Counted from the whole stretch's first letter, positions 37,741-51,139 are shown. The stretch: 63,560 bases of DNA, filler included, from Chiloscyllium plagiosum (GCF_004010195.1; 4 parts of one record of this genome joined end to end with filler, not necessarily neighbours in it), one strand, 5' to 3'. Notes: generated from the sequence alone by a model not told the origin. Numbers and translations: made by a program.

Positions 37741-38935
37741 TCGCTTTCACTGCTCCCGCTGCTGCCGCCACATCCAGTTGTAAATGGCAGAGGACAATTA
37801 AATAACTCACTAGAGGAGGTAGCTCTACAAATATCCCTAACCTCAATGATGGAAGAGTCCAGCACATCAGTGCAAAAGATAAGGCTAAAGCATTTGCAGC
37901 AGTCTTCAGCCAGAAGTCATGCAGTTTAGAAACAGGCCCTTCGGCCCACTGCGTCTGTGCCAACGCAAACACCAATCCACACTAATGGGTATTCCAAGGT
38001 GGAGGATTGGAAAAAATTGTGGTGTAAGAGCTGCTCCTTTTTTGAGGTATTTTAGGTGTTGGAGGTGATTTCTTGAATTCCAGGAGCAGTAATTCTCACA
38101 AACTTTGAGCAGTAATTACTGTTTTATAATGACTTGCATTGTTTTGGAACTTTGAAGATAAAAAAAATGATCAAAACAACGGCACTTTTAAAAGGAGGAA
38201 GAGAATAAGGGTAGAGACCACATGGTCACTGAGAGAGAGAGAGTGTGTGAGAGTGAGTAAGAGAGAGAGAGAGACCTACACTGCTGTCTGATGCAGCAGT
38301 GAATCTGCACAGCTACTGCCTTTGCTGTTTGAGTTCAAATATTTCTGGACATTGGAGTGTGTCTAATAAAATTGTTTAATCAGTGAAATTCACAGCTGAC
38401 CTTGGAGGAACCTGTGCGGGAGATAGTGCATAGGGTTTAAAAGCAACCTTTCCATCTTTTTTTAGTAGTGGGTAGGGTGGATTCTTTTTGGTTATATGTT
38501 TTACTGAGATCTGTCTCTTGATTAAAATTAAAAAATATAAAACATAGGTACTAATATAGCTGGAACAGTGTTTTTTAGAGCAGTAAAATTTGCTGTAGAT
38601 TGTTAAAGTGCAGAGATAGCCTTCAGTAGAGTGATATGCTCTTCCTGTCAGATGTGGGAGTCTAGGGAGACTTTCCATGTTATTGATGATGATGTCTACA
38701 GTAAGTATATTTAGTTGTGAATCCTATCAGATCACATGGATTGTTTGGAGCGGCAGTTTGGGGCAATGAGGAATTTACAGGAGCTACAGGGTGTGATGAA
38801 TGGCAATTATAGGAAGGGAGAAAAACCACAGATACAGTCAGGGGGATGGGTTACCTCCAAGAAAGGTGGGAGAGGGAGGCAGGTAGTGCTGGAGTTTTCT
38901 GTGGCTATCCCCATCTCATACAAGCATGTTGCTTT

Positions 38936-39284
38936 GGGGCAGCATGGTGGCTGAGTGGTTAGCACTGCTGCCTCACAGTGCCAGGGACCTGGGTTCAATT
39001 CCAGCCTTAGGCAACCGTGTGGAGTTTACATGTTCTCCCCATGTCTGAGTGGGTTTCCTCCAAGAGATCTGGTTTCCTCCCATGATCCAAAGATGTGCAG
39101 GGTAGGTGAATTGGCCATGCTAAATTGCCAATAGTATTCAGGGATGTGTAGGCCAGACGCATTAGGTAGGGGTACATGTAGAATAATAGGGGAATGGCGC
39201 TGGGTGAGATACTCTTGGGAGGGTCAGTGTGGACTTGCTGGGCCGAAGGGCCTGTTTCCACACTGTAGGGATTCTATGGATTCT
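38936..39284 (+). mobile_element. HE1-like SINE
   Basis: tRNA head ggggcagcatggtggctgagtgg; V domain. Confidence 0.85.
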
Positions 39285-40518
39285 AAAATGTAGGGGGTGA
39301 TGGACTCTCGGGGGAATGTAGCATGAACAGCCAAGTTTCTGGTACTGAGACAGGCTCTAATATAATGAGGGGTATGTCAGGTTTCAAGCAATTGATTGTT
39401 TTAGGGGACTCTCTAGTCAGAGGCACAGAGACATTTCTGTGGCTGACAGTGGGAAATCAGAATGGTGTGTTGCCTCCCTGGTGCCAGGATCAAGGATATC
39501 TTGGAGAGAATGCAGAATATTCTCAAAGGGGAATGGGACCAGCAGGAGGTCATTGTACTCACTGGAGCTAAGGACACAGAAAGGAAAAAGAATGAGATTT
39601 TGAAGGGAGAATATAAGAAGCTAGGCAGAAATTTAAAAAGGAGGTCCTTGAGAGTAGTAATATCTGGATTACTCTTGGTGCTATGAGCTAGTGTGAGTAG
39701 GAATAGAAGGATAGAGCAAATTAATGCGTGAATGAGGAGCTGGTGTATGGGAGAAGGGTTCACATTTTTGGATCATTGGAATCTGTTCTGGGGTAGAAGT
39801 GACCTTCTAAGAAGGATGAATTGCACCTGAATTGGAAGGGGAATAATATACTGGCAGATTTGCTTGAGCTGCTCAGGAGGATGGCAATTATAGGAGTAAG
39901 GTGGGAGTGTGAGACACAGGGAGATAGTGAGGAAAGAGATCAGTCTGAGACTGGTACAGTTGGGAAAGGGAGCAAGTCAAACAGTCAGGTCAGGCAGGAA
40001 CAAAGCAGAGAATGAGGCAAATTAAACTGCATTTATTTCAATGCAACCAGTCTAACAGGGAGGGTAGATGAACTCAGGGCATGGTGAGGGAAATGGAAGT
40101 GGGATATTATAGCAATTACAAAAATATGGCTCAGGGATGGAAAAGACTGGCAACTTAATGTACCAGGAGACAAATGCTACAGGAAGGATAGAAAGGGAGG
40201 CAAGAGAGGGGGGGGATGTGGCGTTTTTGACAAGGGATTACATTACAGCTGCCCTTAGGGAGGATATTCCTGGGAAAATGTTCAGGGAGGTAATTTAATT
40301 GGAACTGAGAAACAAGAAAGGGACGATCACCTTATTGGGATTGTATTATAGACACCCCAATAGTCAGCAGGAAACTGAGAAGCAAATTTGTAAAAAGATT
40401 TCAGTTATCCGTAAGAATAATAGGGTGGTTATGGTAGGGGATTTTAACTTTCCAAACATAGTCCGGGACTGCCATACTGTTATGGGTTTAGATGGAGAGG
40501 AATTTGTTAAGTGTGCAT

Positions 40519-40835
40519 AAGATTAGATTAGATTACATCACAGTGTGGAAACAGGCCCTTCGGCCCAGCAAGTCCACACAAACCCGCCGAAGCGCAACCC
40601 ACCCATACCTCTACATTTACCCCTTACCTAACACTATGGGCAATTTAGCATGGCCAATTCACCTTATCTGCACATCTTTGGACTGTGGGAGGAAACTCGA
40701 GCACCCACAGGAAACCCACGCAGACACGGGGAGAACGTGCAAACTCCACACAGTCAGTCGCCTGAGTCGGGAATTGAACCCGGGTCACTGGCGCTGTGAG
40801 GCAGCAGTGCTAACCACTGTGCCACCGTGCCACCC
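40519..40835 (-). mobile_element. HE1-like SINE, young
   Basis: (ttaga)n tail; inserted in the CR1 endonuclease region. Confidence 0.88.
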
Positions 40836-43289
40836 ACAAATAAGAAAATTTTGATTCAGTATGTGGATGTACTGATTAGAGAAGGTGCAAAACTTGACCT
40901 ACTCTTGGGAAATAAGGCAGGGCAGGTGACTGAGGTGTCAGTGGGGGAACACTTTGGGGCTAGCGACCATAATTCTATTGGATTTAAAATAGTGATGGAA
41001 AAGGATAAATCGGATCTAAAAGTTGAAGTTCTAAATTGGAGGAAGGCTAATTTTGATGGTATTAGGCAAGAACTTTCAAAAGTTGATTGGGTGCGGATGT
41101 TTGCAGGTAAAAGGACAGCTGAAAAATGGGAAGCCTTCAGAAATGAGATAACAAGAGTCCAGAGACCATATGTTCCTGTGCGGGTGGAAGGCAAGACTGA
41201 TAGGTGTAGGGAAAGCTAGATGACTAGAGAAATTGAGGTTTTGGTTAAGAAAAAGAAGAAAGTATATGTCAGGTATAGACAGCAGAGATTGAGTGAATCC
41301 TTAGAAGAGTATAAAGGCGGTAGGAGTATGCTTAAGAGTGCAAGATGGGGACATAAGCCTTGGCAAATAGGGTTAAGGAGAATCCAAATGGATTTTATGA
41401 ATACATTAAGGACAAAAGGGTAACTAGGAAGAGAATGGGACCCCTCAAAGATCAGCAAGGCAGCCTATGTATGGAACCACAGGAGATGGGGGAGATACTA
41501 AATGAGTATTTTGCATTGTATTTACTGTGGAGAAGAACATGGAAAATACAAAATGTGGGGAAATAGATGGTGACATCTTGATAAATGTCCATATGATAGA
41601 GGAGGTGGTGCTGAATGTCTTAAAACACATAAAGGTGGATAAATTCTCAGGACCTGATCAGGTGTACAGTAGAACTCTATGGAAACCTAAGAAAGTGATT
41701 GTTGGACCCCTTGCTGAGATATTTGTATTATCAATAGTCACAGGTGAGCCGGAAGACTGGAGATTGGCTAACGTGGTGCCATTATTTAAGAAAGGTGGTA
41801 AGGAAAAGTCAGGGAACTACAGACTGGTGAGCCTGACATCGGAGGCAGGCAAGTTGTTGGAGAGAATCCTGAGGGACAGGATTTACATGTATTTAAACAG
41901 GCAAGGACTGGATTAGGGATAGTCAACATGGCTATATGGACTTCAGTACAGTGTTTGACAAGGTTCCTCATAGACTGGCTAGCAAGGTTCGATCACATGA
42001 AATACAGGGCGAACTAGCCATTTGGATACAGAACTGGTTTGAAGGTAGGAGACAGAGTGTGGTGGGGGAGGGCTGCCTTTCAGACTGGAGGCCTGTGACC
42101 AGTGGAGTGCCACAAGGATTGATGCTGGATCCACTGCTTTTCATCATTTATATAAATGATTTGGATGAGAACATAGGAGGTATAGTTATTAAGTTTGCAA
42201 TTGACACCAAAATTGGAGGTGTAGTGGACAGCGAAGAAGATTATCTGACAGTACAATGGGATCTTGATCAGATGGGCCAATGGATCAAGGAGTGGCAGAT
42301 GGAGTTTAATTTAGATAAAGGTGAGGTGCTGCATTTTGGAAAAGCAAATCAGGGCTGGACTTATACACTTAATTGTAAGGTCCTGGCGAGTGTTGCTGAT
42401 CAAAGAGACCTTGGAGTGCACGGTCACAGTTCCTTGAAAATGGAATGTCAGGCAGACAGGATAGTGAAGAAGGTGTTTGGTATGCTTTTCTTTATTGGTC
42501 AGAGCATTGAGTACCAAGAGTTGAGAGGTCAAGCTGTGGCTATACAGGACATTGGTTAGGCAATCTTGGAATATGGTGCGAAATTCTGGCCTCCCTGCTG
42601 GTGGAAGGATGTTGAGAAACTTGAAAGAGTTCAGAAAAGTTTTACAAGGATGTTGCCAGGATTGGAGGGTTTGAGCTATAGGGAGAGGCTGAATAGGCTG
42701 GGGCTATTTTTCCTGGAACATCGGAGATTGAGGGGTGACCTTACAGAGGTTTATAAAATCATGAGGGGCATGGATAGGGTAAATAGACAAGGACTTTTCC
42801 TTGGGGTGGGGGTGTTCAGAACTACAAGGGATAGGTTGAGGGTGACAGGGGAAAGATTTAAAATGAACATAAGGGTGGTACGTGTATGAAATTAGCTGCC
42901 AGAGGAAGTGGTGGAGGCCGGTACAATTACAGCATTTAAAAGGCATCTGGATGGATATATGAATAGGAGAGATATGGGCCAAGTGCTGGCAGGTGGGACT
43001 AGATTAATTTAGGATATCTGGTAGCATGGATGAGTTGGACCGAAGGATTGTTTCTGTACATCTGTATGACTCTATGACTAATCCAATTTACCTGCACTTG
43101 GTCCATAGTCTACTGTGCCCTGACAGTTTAAGTACTCATCCAGATGCTCATCCCAAATGTCAAGTGGATGATCCACTTCAGGGTCATCTCAAGGTCCCCA
43201 ACTTCACACAAATGGCACTCATTCATGTCGAGGAGTCCTTAAATATTTTGCGACAACAGCAACAAACACTTTAACACTGAAAGATTTAG

Positions 43290-44000
43290 ACCATAAGGTA
43301 AAGGAGCAGAAATTAGGCCATTCAGCCCATTGAGTTTGCTCCACCATTCAATCATGGAATATGACTTTCTCATCACTAATTTCCTGTTTCCTCCCCATAA
43401 CCCTTCATCACCTTGATACTCAAGAATCTATCTATCTCAATCTCAAATAGTCACAGCCTTCTGTGGCAATGAATTTCATAGATTCACCACTCTCTGGCTG
43501 AAGACATTTCTCCTTATCTCTATTCTAAAAGGTCTTCCCTTTACTCTGAGGCTGTGCCCTCAGGTCCTAATCTCTCCTACTAATGGAAACATCTTCCCAA
43601 ATCTACACGGTCCAGGCCATTCAGTATCTGTATGTTTCAATTAGATCCCCTGCGCACCATCCCCCCCCACCCCAGCTCCATTCTTCTCAACTCCATCGAG
43701 TATAAACCTAGAGTCATCAAATGTTCCTCATTCATTAAGGTTTTCAGTCCTGGGACCATTCTTGTGAACCTCTTCTGAACACACTCCATGACCAGTGCAT
43801 CCTTCCTAAGGTATGGGGCCCAAAACTGTACAAATTACTCCAAATGTGGCCTGACCAGAGCCTTATACTGCCTCATAAGTACATCCCTGCTTTTATATTC
43901 AAGTCCTCTCATTGCATTTGCATTCCCAATTACAGACTCAACCTGCAAGTTTATCTTTGAGGGAATCCTGGACTAAAACTCTCAACTCTCTTTGCACATC
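43290..44000 (-). mobile_element. CR1 3' fragment
   Basis: Similar to the reverse complement of 2700-3360. Confidence 0.7.
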
Positions 44001-44009
44001 AGTGACCAG

Positions 44010-45390
44010 GACAAAAAGAGGACTGCAGATGCTGGAGGGTCAGAGTCGCAAAGTGTGGCACTGGAAAAGCACAGCAGGTCAGGCAGCATCCGAGGAGCAG
44101 GAGAGTCAATGATTTGGGCAAAAGCCCTTCATCAGGAATGTGGGGGAGGGAAGGAGACTGAGAGATAAATAGGAGAGTGGAGGTGGGGCTGGGGGTGAGG
44201 TAGTTGGGAAGGCTATGGCAGATGCAGGTTGGGGGTGGTGGTGATAGGTCAGTGGGGATAGGTGGGAAGGAAGATGAACACTTTGGACAGGTCATGAGGA
44301 TAGTGCCAAGTCAAACGGTTGGATCTGGGATGAGGTGTGGGAAGGGGAGATGAGGAAACTGGTGAAATCGAATCTGATGCCATGTGGTTGGGGGGGTCTC
44401 AAAGTGGATGTTGAGGCATTCTTCCAGTCATCAGGTGGCTTGGATTTGGCCTAGGACTTGCATGTCCTTGGTGGAGTTGGAGGGGGAGTTGAAGTGCTCA
44501 GCTACAGGGCAGTGGGGTTGTTGGGTGCATGTGCCCCAGAGATGTTCCCTGAAATGCTCCACAAGTTGGCATCCTGTCTCGCTGATGTAGAAGAGACCAT
44601 ATTGAGACAAACGGACACAGTAGATGAGGTGGGTGGATGTGCAGGAGACTCTCTGTTGGATGTGCTCCCACTTCCACCCTGTCCTCAAGTTCACCCGGAC
44701 CATCTCGGACACCTCCTTCCCCTTCGTGGACCTCTTCATATCCATCCCCAGTGACCGACTCAATACGGACATGTAACACAAACCCACTGGCTCCTACAGA
44801 TGTCTGGACTACACCTTGTCTGACCTCCCTCCTATAAAAATGTGATCCCTTATTCCTAATCTTTCCACCGTCATTGTATCTGCTCCAGGATGAACAATTC
44901 CACTCCAGGACATCCCAGATGGCTTCCTATTTCAAGGACTACAAATTCCCCTCCCACGTGGTCAACAATGCCCCCCAGTGTGTCTCCTCCACTTCTCACA
45001 CCTCCGCCCTTGAATCCCACCCCCCAACTGCAACCAGGACAGAACCCCCCAGTCACCCCCAACCTTACAATCCACAAATATCCAGATACAGCATATTAAC
45101 CTCCACCATTTCCAACACCTACAATCAGAGATATAATTCCCACCCCGACCCTATCTACCTTCAGTAGAGACCATTCCCTCTATGATTCTCTTGTTAGGTC
45201 CATGCTCCCCACCAAACCACTATCCACACCCCACATGTCCCATTGTTGCCACAAGAGGTGTAAAACTTGTGCCCACCCCTCCCTCCTCACCTCTGTCCAA
45301 GGGTCTTATCACATCCAGCAGATATTTTCCTGCACATCCACCCACTGTGTCCGTTGCTTTCAATGTGGTCTCCTCTACATTGGGAAGACA
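44010..45390. mobile_element. Penelope-like element, family B (coding parent of the mini-elements); minus pLTR/GIY-YIG at 44010-44660, plus RT thumb to GIY-YIG at 44660-45390
   Basis: HLIYCVRLSQYGLFYISETGCQLVEHFREHL; FHPVLKFTRTISDTSFPFVDL; CFQCGLLYIGKT; terminus shares the mini-element arm and a degenerate hammerhead (44105-44140). Confidence 0.8.
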
Positions 45391-45729
45391 ATTTAAAAAG
45401 GAGGTCCTCAAGGGTAGTAATATCTGGATTACTCCCAGTGCTACGAGCTAGTGAGGGCAGGAATAGGAGGATAGAGCATGGCTGAGGAGCTGGTGTATGG
45501 GAGAAGGACTCACATTTTTGGATCATTGGAATCTCTTTTGGGGTAGAAGTGACCTGTACAAGAAGGACAGATTGCACCTAAATTGGAAGGGGACTAATAT
45601 ACTGGCAGGGAAATTTGCTTGAACTGCTTGGGAGGATTTAAGGTGTGGAGGGAACCAGGAAGATAGTGAGGAAAGAGATCAATCTGAGACGGGTACAGCT
45701 GAGAACAGAAGTGAGTCAAACAGTCAGGG
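45391..45729 (+). mobile_element. CR1 ORF1 esterase fragment
   Basis: RVVISGLLPV; same family as 39630-39990. Confidence 0.75.
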
Positions 45730-45829
45730 NNNNNNNNNNNNNNNNNNNNNNNNNNNNNNNNNNNNNNNNNNNNTTAATTAATTAANNNNNNNNNNNNNNN
45801 NNNNNNNNNNNNNNNNNNNNNNNNNNNNN
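45730..45829. other. Artificial 100-bp scaffold linker
   Basis: 44 N + TTAATTAATTAA + 44 N; the flanks belong to different elements on opposite strands. Confidence 0.97.
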
Positions 45830-46885
45830 ATCATGCTCACTGATCTGTAGTTACCTGGAATATCCTTACTACCCTTCTTGTACAGGGGGACAACATGAGC
45901 AATCCTCCAGTCCTCCGGCACCTCACCTGTGTTTAAAGATGCCACAAAGATAGCTATTTCCTCTCTTGCCTCCCTCAGCAACCTGGGATGGATCCCACCT
46001 GGTCCTGGGGATTTGTCCACCTTAATATCCTCTAGCCTACCCAACACAACTTCCCTACTTCTGTCAACGTGATCCAGACTAATCAAACTTCTATCTCTAA
46101 TCTTAACATTCATCATGTCCCTCTCCTCAGTGAACACTGATGCAAAGTAATCATTCAGAATCTCACCCATTCTATCAGGTTCGGCACACAGCCTTCCTTC
46201 GTTATCCTTTAGTGGACCAATCCTTTCTCTAGTTACCCACTTACTTCTTATATAAGAATAAAATGCTTTGGGATTCTCCTTAATTCTGCTCGCTAAAGTT
46301 ATTTCATGACCCCTTTTAGCCCGCTTGATTCCTCATTTAAGATTGGTCCTACTCTCCCAACATTCCTCCAGGGCCCTTTCAGTTCTTAGCTGCCCAGACC
46401 TTATGTATGCTTCCCTTTTCCTCTTGGCTAGTTGTACAATTTCTCCTGTCATCCACGGTTTACGAATCTTGCCTTTCCTATCCTTTGCCTTCAACTGGAC
46501 ATGCCTATCCTGCATTATCTTCAACCTATCTTTGAAAGCCTCTCTCATATCAAATGTGGACTTCCCTTCAAATACCTGTGTCCAATCCACATTTCCCAGC
46601 TCCTTCCTAATTTCGATATAATTGGCCTTGGCCCAGTTTAGCACTCTTCCCTCAGGACCACTCTCATCTTTGTCTTCAAGTATTCTAAAACTTACAGAAT
46701 TGTGGTCACTGTTCCCAAAGAAATCCCCCACTGCAACTTCTACCACCTGGCCTGGCTAATTCCCCAACACCAGGTCCAAAATGGCCCCTTCCCTTGTAAG
46801 ACTATTGACATACTGCTCCAAAAAACTCTCCTGGACGCTTACGAATTCTATCCCATCCAGCCTTCTGACACTAAGTGTGTCCCAG
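45830..46885 (-). mobile_element. CR1 ORF2 fragment (EN-tether-RT start)
   Basis: GNSDHNSV, KSPGPGGIHPRLL and NYRSVS. Confidence 0.85.
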
Positions 46886-46984
46886 AACCTTACAGGTGAC
46901 GAGCTGAATAAATTCTCCAGATAGGGGCCAGTAGACTGAGAGGTCGAGTTGTTGAAGGTTGGTGAGGGACTGGACAATACTTAC

Positions 46985-47031
46985 CAGGGCAAGGCATGTT
47001 GGTACAGGCTAGTTCTCCGTTCACACAGGAA
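46985..47031 (-). CDS. SSPO: SCO-spondin 47-bp exon (end of TILa/VWC-like module)
   Basis: (ttttg)n-ttttAG / GTaagt, phase 2-1. Encodes (C)SCVNGELACTNMPCP. Confidence 0.9.
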
Positions 47032-47105
47032 CTAAAACAAAACAAAACAAAAAGAAGTTCACAATCCAAGCCTAATCTTTCTGATTTCAAGTCTGTCACT
47101 AAACA

Positions 47106-48332
47106 GAAGGACAAGCCAGGGAACTATAGACCGGTGAGCCTGACCTCGGTGATGGGCAAGTTGTTGGAAGGAATCCTGAGGGGCAGGATGTACATGTATT
47201 TGGAAAGGCAAGGACTGATTAAGGATAGTCAACATGGCTTTGAGCGTGGGAAATCATGTCTCACAAACATGATTGAGTTTTTTGAAGAAGTAACAAAGAG
47301 GATTGATGAGGGCAGAGCGGTAGATGTGATCTATATGGACTTCAGAAAGGCGTTTGACAAAGTTCCCATGGGAGACTGGTTAGCAAGGTTAGATCTTACG
47401 GAATACAGGGAGAACTAGCCATTTGGATACAGAACTGGCTCAAAGGTAGAAGACAGAGGGTGGTGGTGGAGGGGTGTTTTTCAGACTCAAAGCAGAGTTT
47501 TCTATTACATTCTTGACTAGGAAACAGGATGTAAATTACTCCTGTCCGAACTCCTAGCCTCTGATCGGCACTCATCACCATTTTATGTATGTGGCTGGTC
47601 CAGTAGAACTGGTCAATGCTAAGCCCTTAGGATATTGGATGGTGGAAGATTCAGCCATGGTCATTCCATTGGATGTCAAGGATAATTGTCAAGTTCTCTC
47701 TTGTTGGAAATGGTTACTGCCCAGCATTTGTGTGGTATGAATGCCCCTTATTAAGCTTAGAGATTGCCCAGATCTTGCTGTATTTGAGGACGGACTATTT
47801 CAGTAGTTAAGGAGAAGTCCTGAAAGGTGGTGAACATTGTGCAGTCATCCACAATATCCCCAGTTCTGACCTTTTTTGATGGAGGGAAGAACATTGATGA
47901 AGCAGCTGAAGGAACTCATGTAGTATTTTCTTTGGGGATAGTGGGTGATGTGATGGTTGACCTTGTTTACAAAATTATGAGGGGCATGGATAGGGTAAAT
48001 AGGCAAAGTCTTTTCCCTGGGGTCGGGGAGTCCAGAACTAGAGGGCATAGGTTTAGGGTGAGAGGGGAAAGATATAAAAGAGACCTTAGAGGCAAGTTTT
48101 TCACGCAGAACGTGGTACGTGTATGGAATGAGCTAACAGAGGAAGTGGTGGAGGCTGGTACAATTGCAACATTTAAGAGGCATTTGGATGGGTATATGAA
48201 TAGGAAGGGTTTGAAGGGATATGGGCCGAGTGCTGGCAGGTGGGACTAGATTGGGTTGGGATATCTGGTCGGCATGGACGGGTTGGACCGAAGGGTCTGT
48301 TTCCATGTTGTACATCTCTATGACTCTATGAC
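47106..48332 (+). mobile_element. CR1 fragments (47106-47485 and 47965-48332) flanking an L2-like fragment
   Basis: NYRPVSLTSVMGK; FKRHLDGYM; 47490-47960 resembles the LINE at 12600-12960. Confidence 0.75.
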
Positions 48333-48994
48333 TCCACATTTATACAAGCTTCCACATTGCCATGATCTGTGGCTGGTGTTGTGGCTGAGTGCAGATGGGA
48401 ACACTGGAGTAGGAAGAGATCGTTCTGCCCTCAATCCAGTTCATCCATCCATAGTTTCATATGGCCTCCAAGCCCCTTCATTCCCCTCTTGGGAAGAGTT
48501 GGAGTCGGAGGTAGGGTCCCAGCAGTGAATAACAGATGGAGGGACTGCACTGACTGGAAATAATTCCTCACTGAATTCAATCAAAGGAACTTTCTGTGAA
48601 AACTGATCAGGTTTTGAGAATAGAACTGAGGGTGAAATCTAATCTGACAGCAGCATTCAGCCACACATTGGGAAAGTTATAGCAAGCAGATATAGTAAAT
48701 AGAGGAAGGCCAATATTTCTGAATGCCATTACAAGGTCAGTGGGAAGCGACAAAAGAAGTTTAGCCCACGTGCTGTAGGTAATCCAACTCCGCCCTCAGG
48801 GAATAAATTCCCAAATATTGGCCCAGTGACACAGAAGAAACAAAGATATATTTCCAAGTCAGGGTGGTGAGTGGCTTGGAGGGGAACTTGCAGGGGATGG
48901 TGTCCCATTTATATGCTGCCCTTGTCCTTCTAGATGGAAGTGGTCATGAGTTCTGGAAGGAGCTGTCTAAGATTCTTTGGTGAATTTCTGTAGT

Positions 48995-50525
48995 GCAAAT
49001 CAGAAACAGGAAAAGACCAGTCACTTTACTGGGAGTTTTTCCACAGACCGCACCCCCCCCCCATAGCAACAGAGACATGGAGGAGCAGATTGGAAGACAG
49101 ATTTTGGAAAGGTGCAGAAGTAACAGGATTGTTGTAATGGATGACTTCAACTTCCCTAATATTGATTGGAACTTCCTGAATGCAATAGTTTGGATGGAGA
49201 AGATTTTGTCAGGTACGTCCAAGAACGATTCTGATTCAATATGTATTTAGGACAACTAAAGGGGAGGCCATATTGGATTTTATGCTCGGCAACGAACCAG
49301 GTCAAGTGTCAGATCTCTTGTTGGGAGAGCATTTCGGTGATAGTGATCACAACTCCCTGTCCTTTACTGTACTCGTGGGGAGGGATAGGAGCAGATGAGA
49401 TGGGAAAGTATTTAATTGGTGGTGGAGGGAAATTACAATGCTATTAGGCAGGAACTGTGGTACATAAATTGGGAAAATGCACAACAGAAATGTGGAGTTT
49501 GTTTAGGGAGCACTTACTGCGAGTGCTGGATAGGTTTGTCTCACTGTGGCAAGGAAGGGATGGTAGGGCGAAGGAACATTGGATGACAAGAGATATGGAA
49601 CATCCAGTCAACAGGAAGAAGGAAGCTGACCTAAGGTTGAGGAGACAAGGATCAGACAGGGCTCGAGAGGGCTACAAGATAGCCAGGGAGAAACTAAAGA
49701 ATGGACTTAGGGAAGTGAGAAGGGGCCGTGAAAAAGCCTTGGCAGGTAGGATTAAGGAAAACCCTAAGGCATTCCACACTCATGTTAGGAACAAGAGGAT
49801 GGCCAGAGTGAGAATAGGGCTAATCAGGGCTAGTGGAGGGAACTTGTGTCTGGACTCGAAGGAGATAAGGGAGGTCCTCAATGAATGCTTTGCTTCAGTA
49901 TTCACTACTGAGAGGGACCTTGTCATTTGAGAGGGCAGGGTGAAACAGGCTGATATGCTCAAACAGATTGATGCTACGGAGGATATGCTGCAAATTCTAT
50001 GGCTGGCCCATAGAAGACAAAGAGGGACAGTTGATGGGAAGTATTCATCCCAGAGATCCGTGACCAGTGACATTCTGCAGGAATCTGTTCTGGGTGATTT
50101 TTCTGAATTACTTGGATGAGGAAGTGGAAAGGTGGATTAATAAGTTTGTCAATGACACTAAAGTTGGTGGAGTTGTGGATAGTGTGGAGATTGTTGTAGA
50201 TTGCAATGGGACATTGATAGGATGCAAAGTTGGGCTGAGAAGTGGCAGATGGAGTTCAATCTGGAAAAGCGTGAAGTGATTCATTTTGGGAGGTCGAATT
50301 TGAATGCAGAATACAGGGTTATAGGCAGGATTCTTGGCAGTGTGGAGGAACAGAGGGATCTTGGCGTCCATATACATGGATCTCTCAAAGTTGCCACCAA
50401 AGTTGATAGGGTTGTTTACAAGGCATATGGTGTGTTAGCTTTCATTAGCAGAGAGATTGAGTTTAAGAGCCGCAAGGTTATGTTGCAGCTCTATGGAGTC
50501 CTGGTTAGACCACACTAGGAATATT
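48995..50525 (+). mobile_element. Decayed CR1 ORF2 nested in an L2-like fragment
   Basis: DDFNFPNIDW and WAEKWQMEFN. Confidence 0.8.
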
Positions 50526-50971
50526 ATAGCTATGTTTATGTTGTGAATCCAGTTAAGTTTCTGATCAATGATAACCCCCAGGATGCTGTGATTCAGTGAT
50601 GGTAACACCACTGAATGTCAATGGGCAGTGGCTAGATTGTCTCTTGTTGGAGATGGTCAAATGTTACTTGCCACTGATCAGCCCAACCTGGATATTGAGG
50701 ACTGATGAAGAGGGTTGAGGGTAGTAGCGTATTGGATACTGTGCAGACAAAATTCAAAACTCATCCAATAAAGCATGAGTTAGTGAAACTAAAGTACATG
50801 GAATCAAATGGCCTATAGCAACGCAGAGTCAAAACCAGCAAAAGGACACGCAACACATAGTTATAGTCTCTGTCTGCAGCGAGCAGGTGATGACATTCTC
50901 CAGGTGATGGTTTCCTGAAAATTTTTTTTTGATAATAATAAGAACCTCGACTTTTTGAAAAAAATGTATTT

Positions 50972-51139
50972 ATTCTTGTACAGGATGTGGGCTCATGGCT
51001 GGGCCAGCGTTTATTGCCCATTGTGCAGGATTCTTGTGCAGGATGTGGGCTCACTGGCTGGGCCAGCGTTTATTGCCCATTGTACAGGATTCTTGTACAG
51101 GATGTGGGCTCACTGGCTGGGCCAGCGTTTATTGCCCAT
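50972..51139. repeat. Three tandem copies of a 59-bp unit (SINE/L2 3' tail)
   Basis: Units start at 50972, 51030 and 51089; the SINE body continues to about 51250. Confidence 0.9.

Larger units (their letters stand above)
37995..43080 (+). mobile_element. Near full-length decayed CR1 LINE (5'UTR, ORF1, ORF2, tail) with two SINE insertions
   Basis: ORF1 GDSLVRG/CCLPGARI; ORF2 YYRHPN, GDFNFP, NYRLVSLTS, SGVPQG; (ctatga)n tail. Confidence 0.88.

Noticed and set aside
43150..43240. Possible exon reading GLLDMNECHLCEV on minus
   Set aside because: Weak acceptor, no donor, and no match to SSPO module patterns.
50972..51139. Possible CRISPR-like array
   Set aside because: No unique spacers, vertebrate context, and the unit is a retroposon tail.
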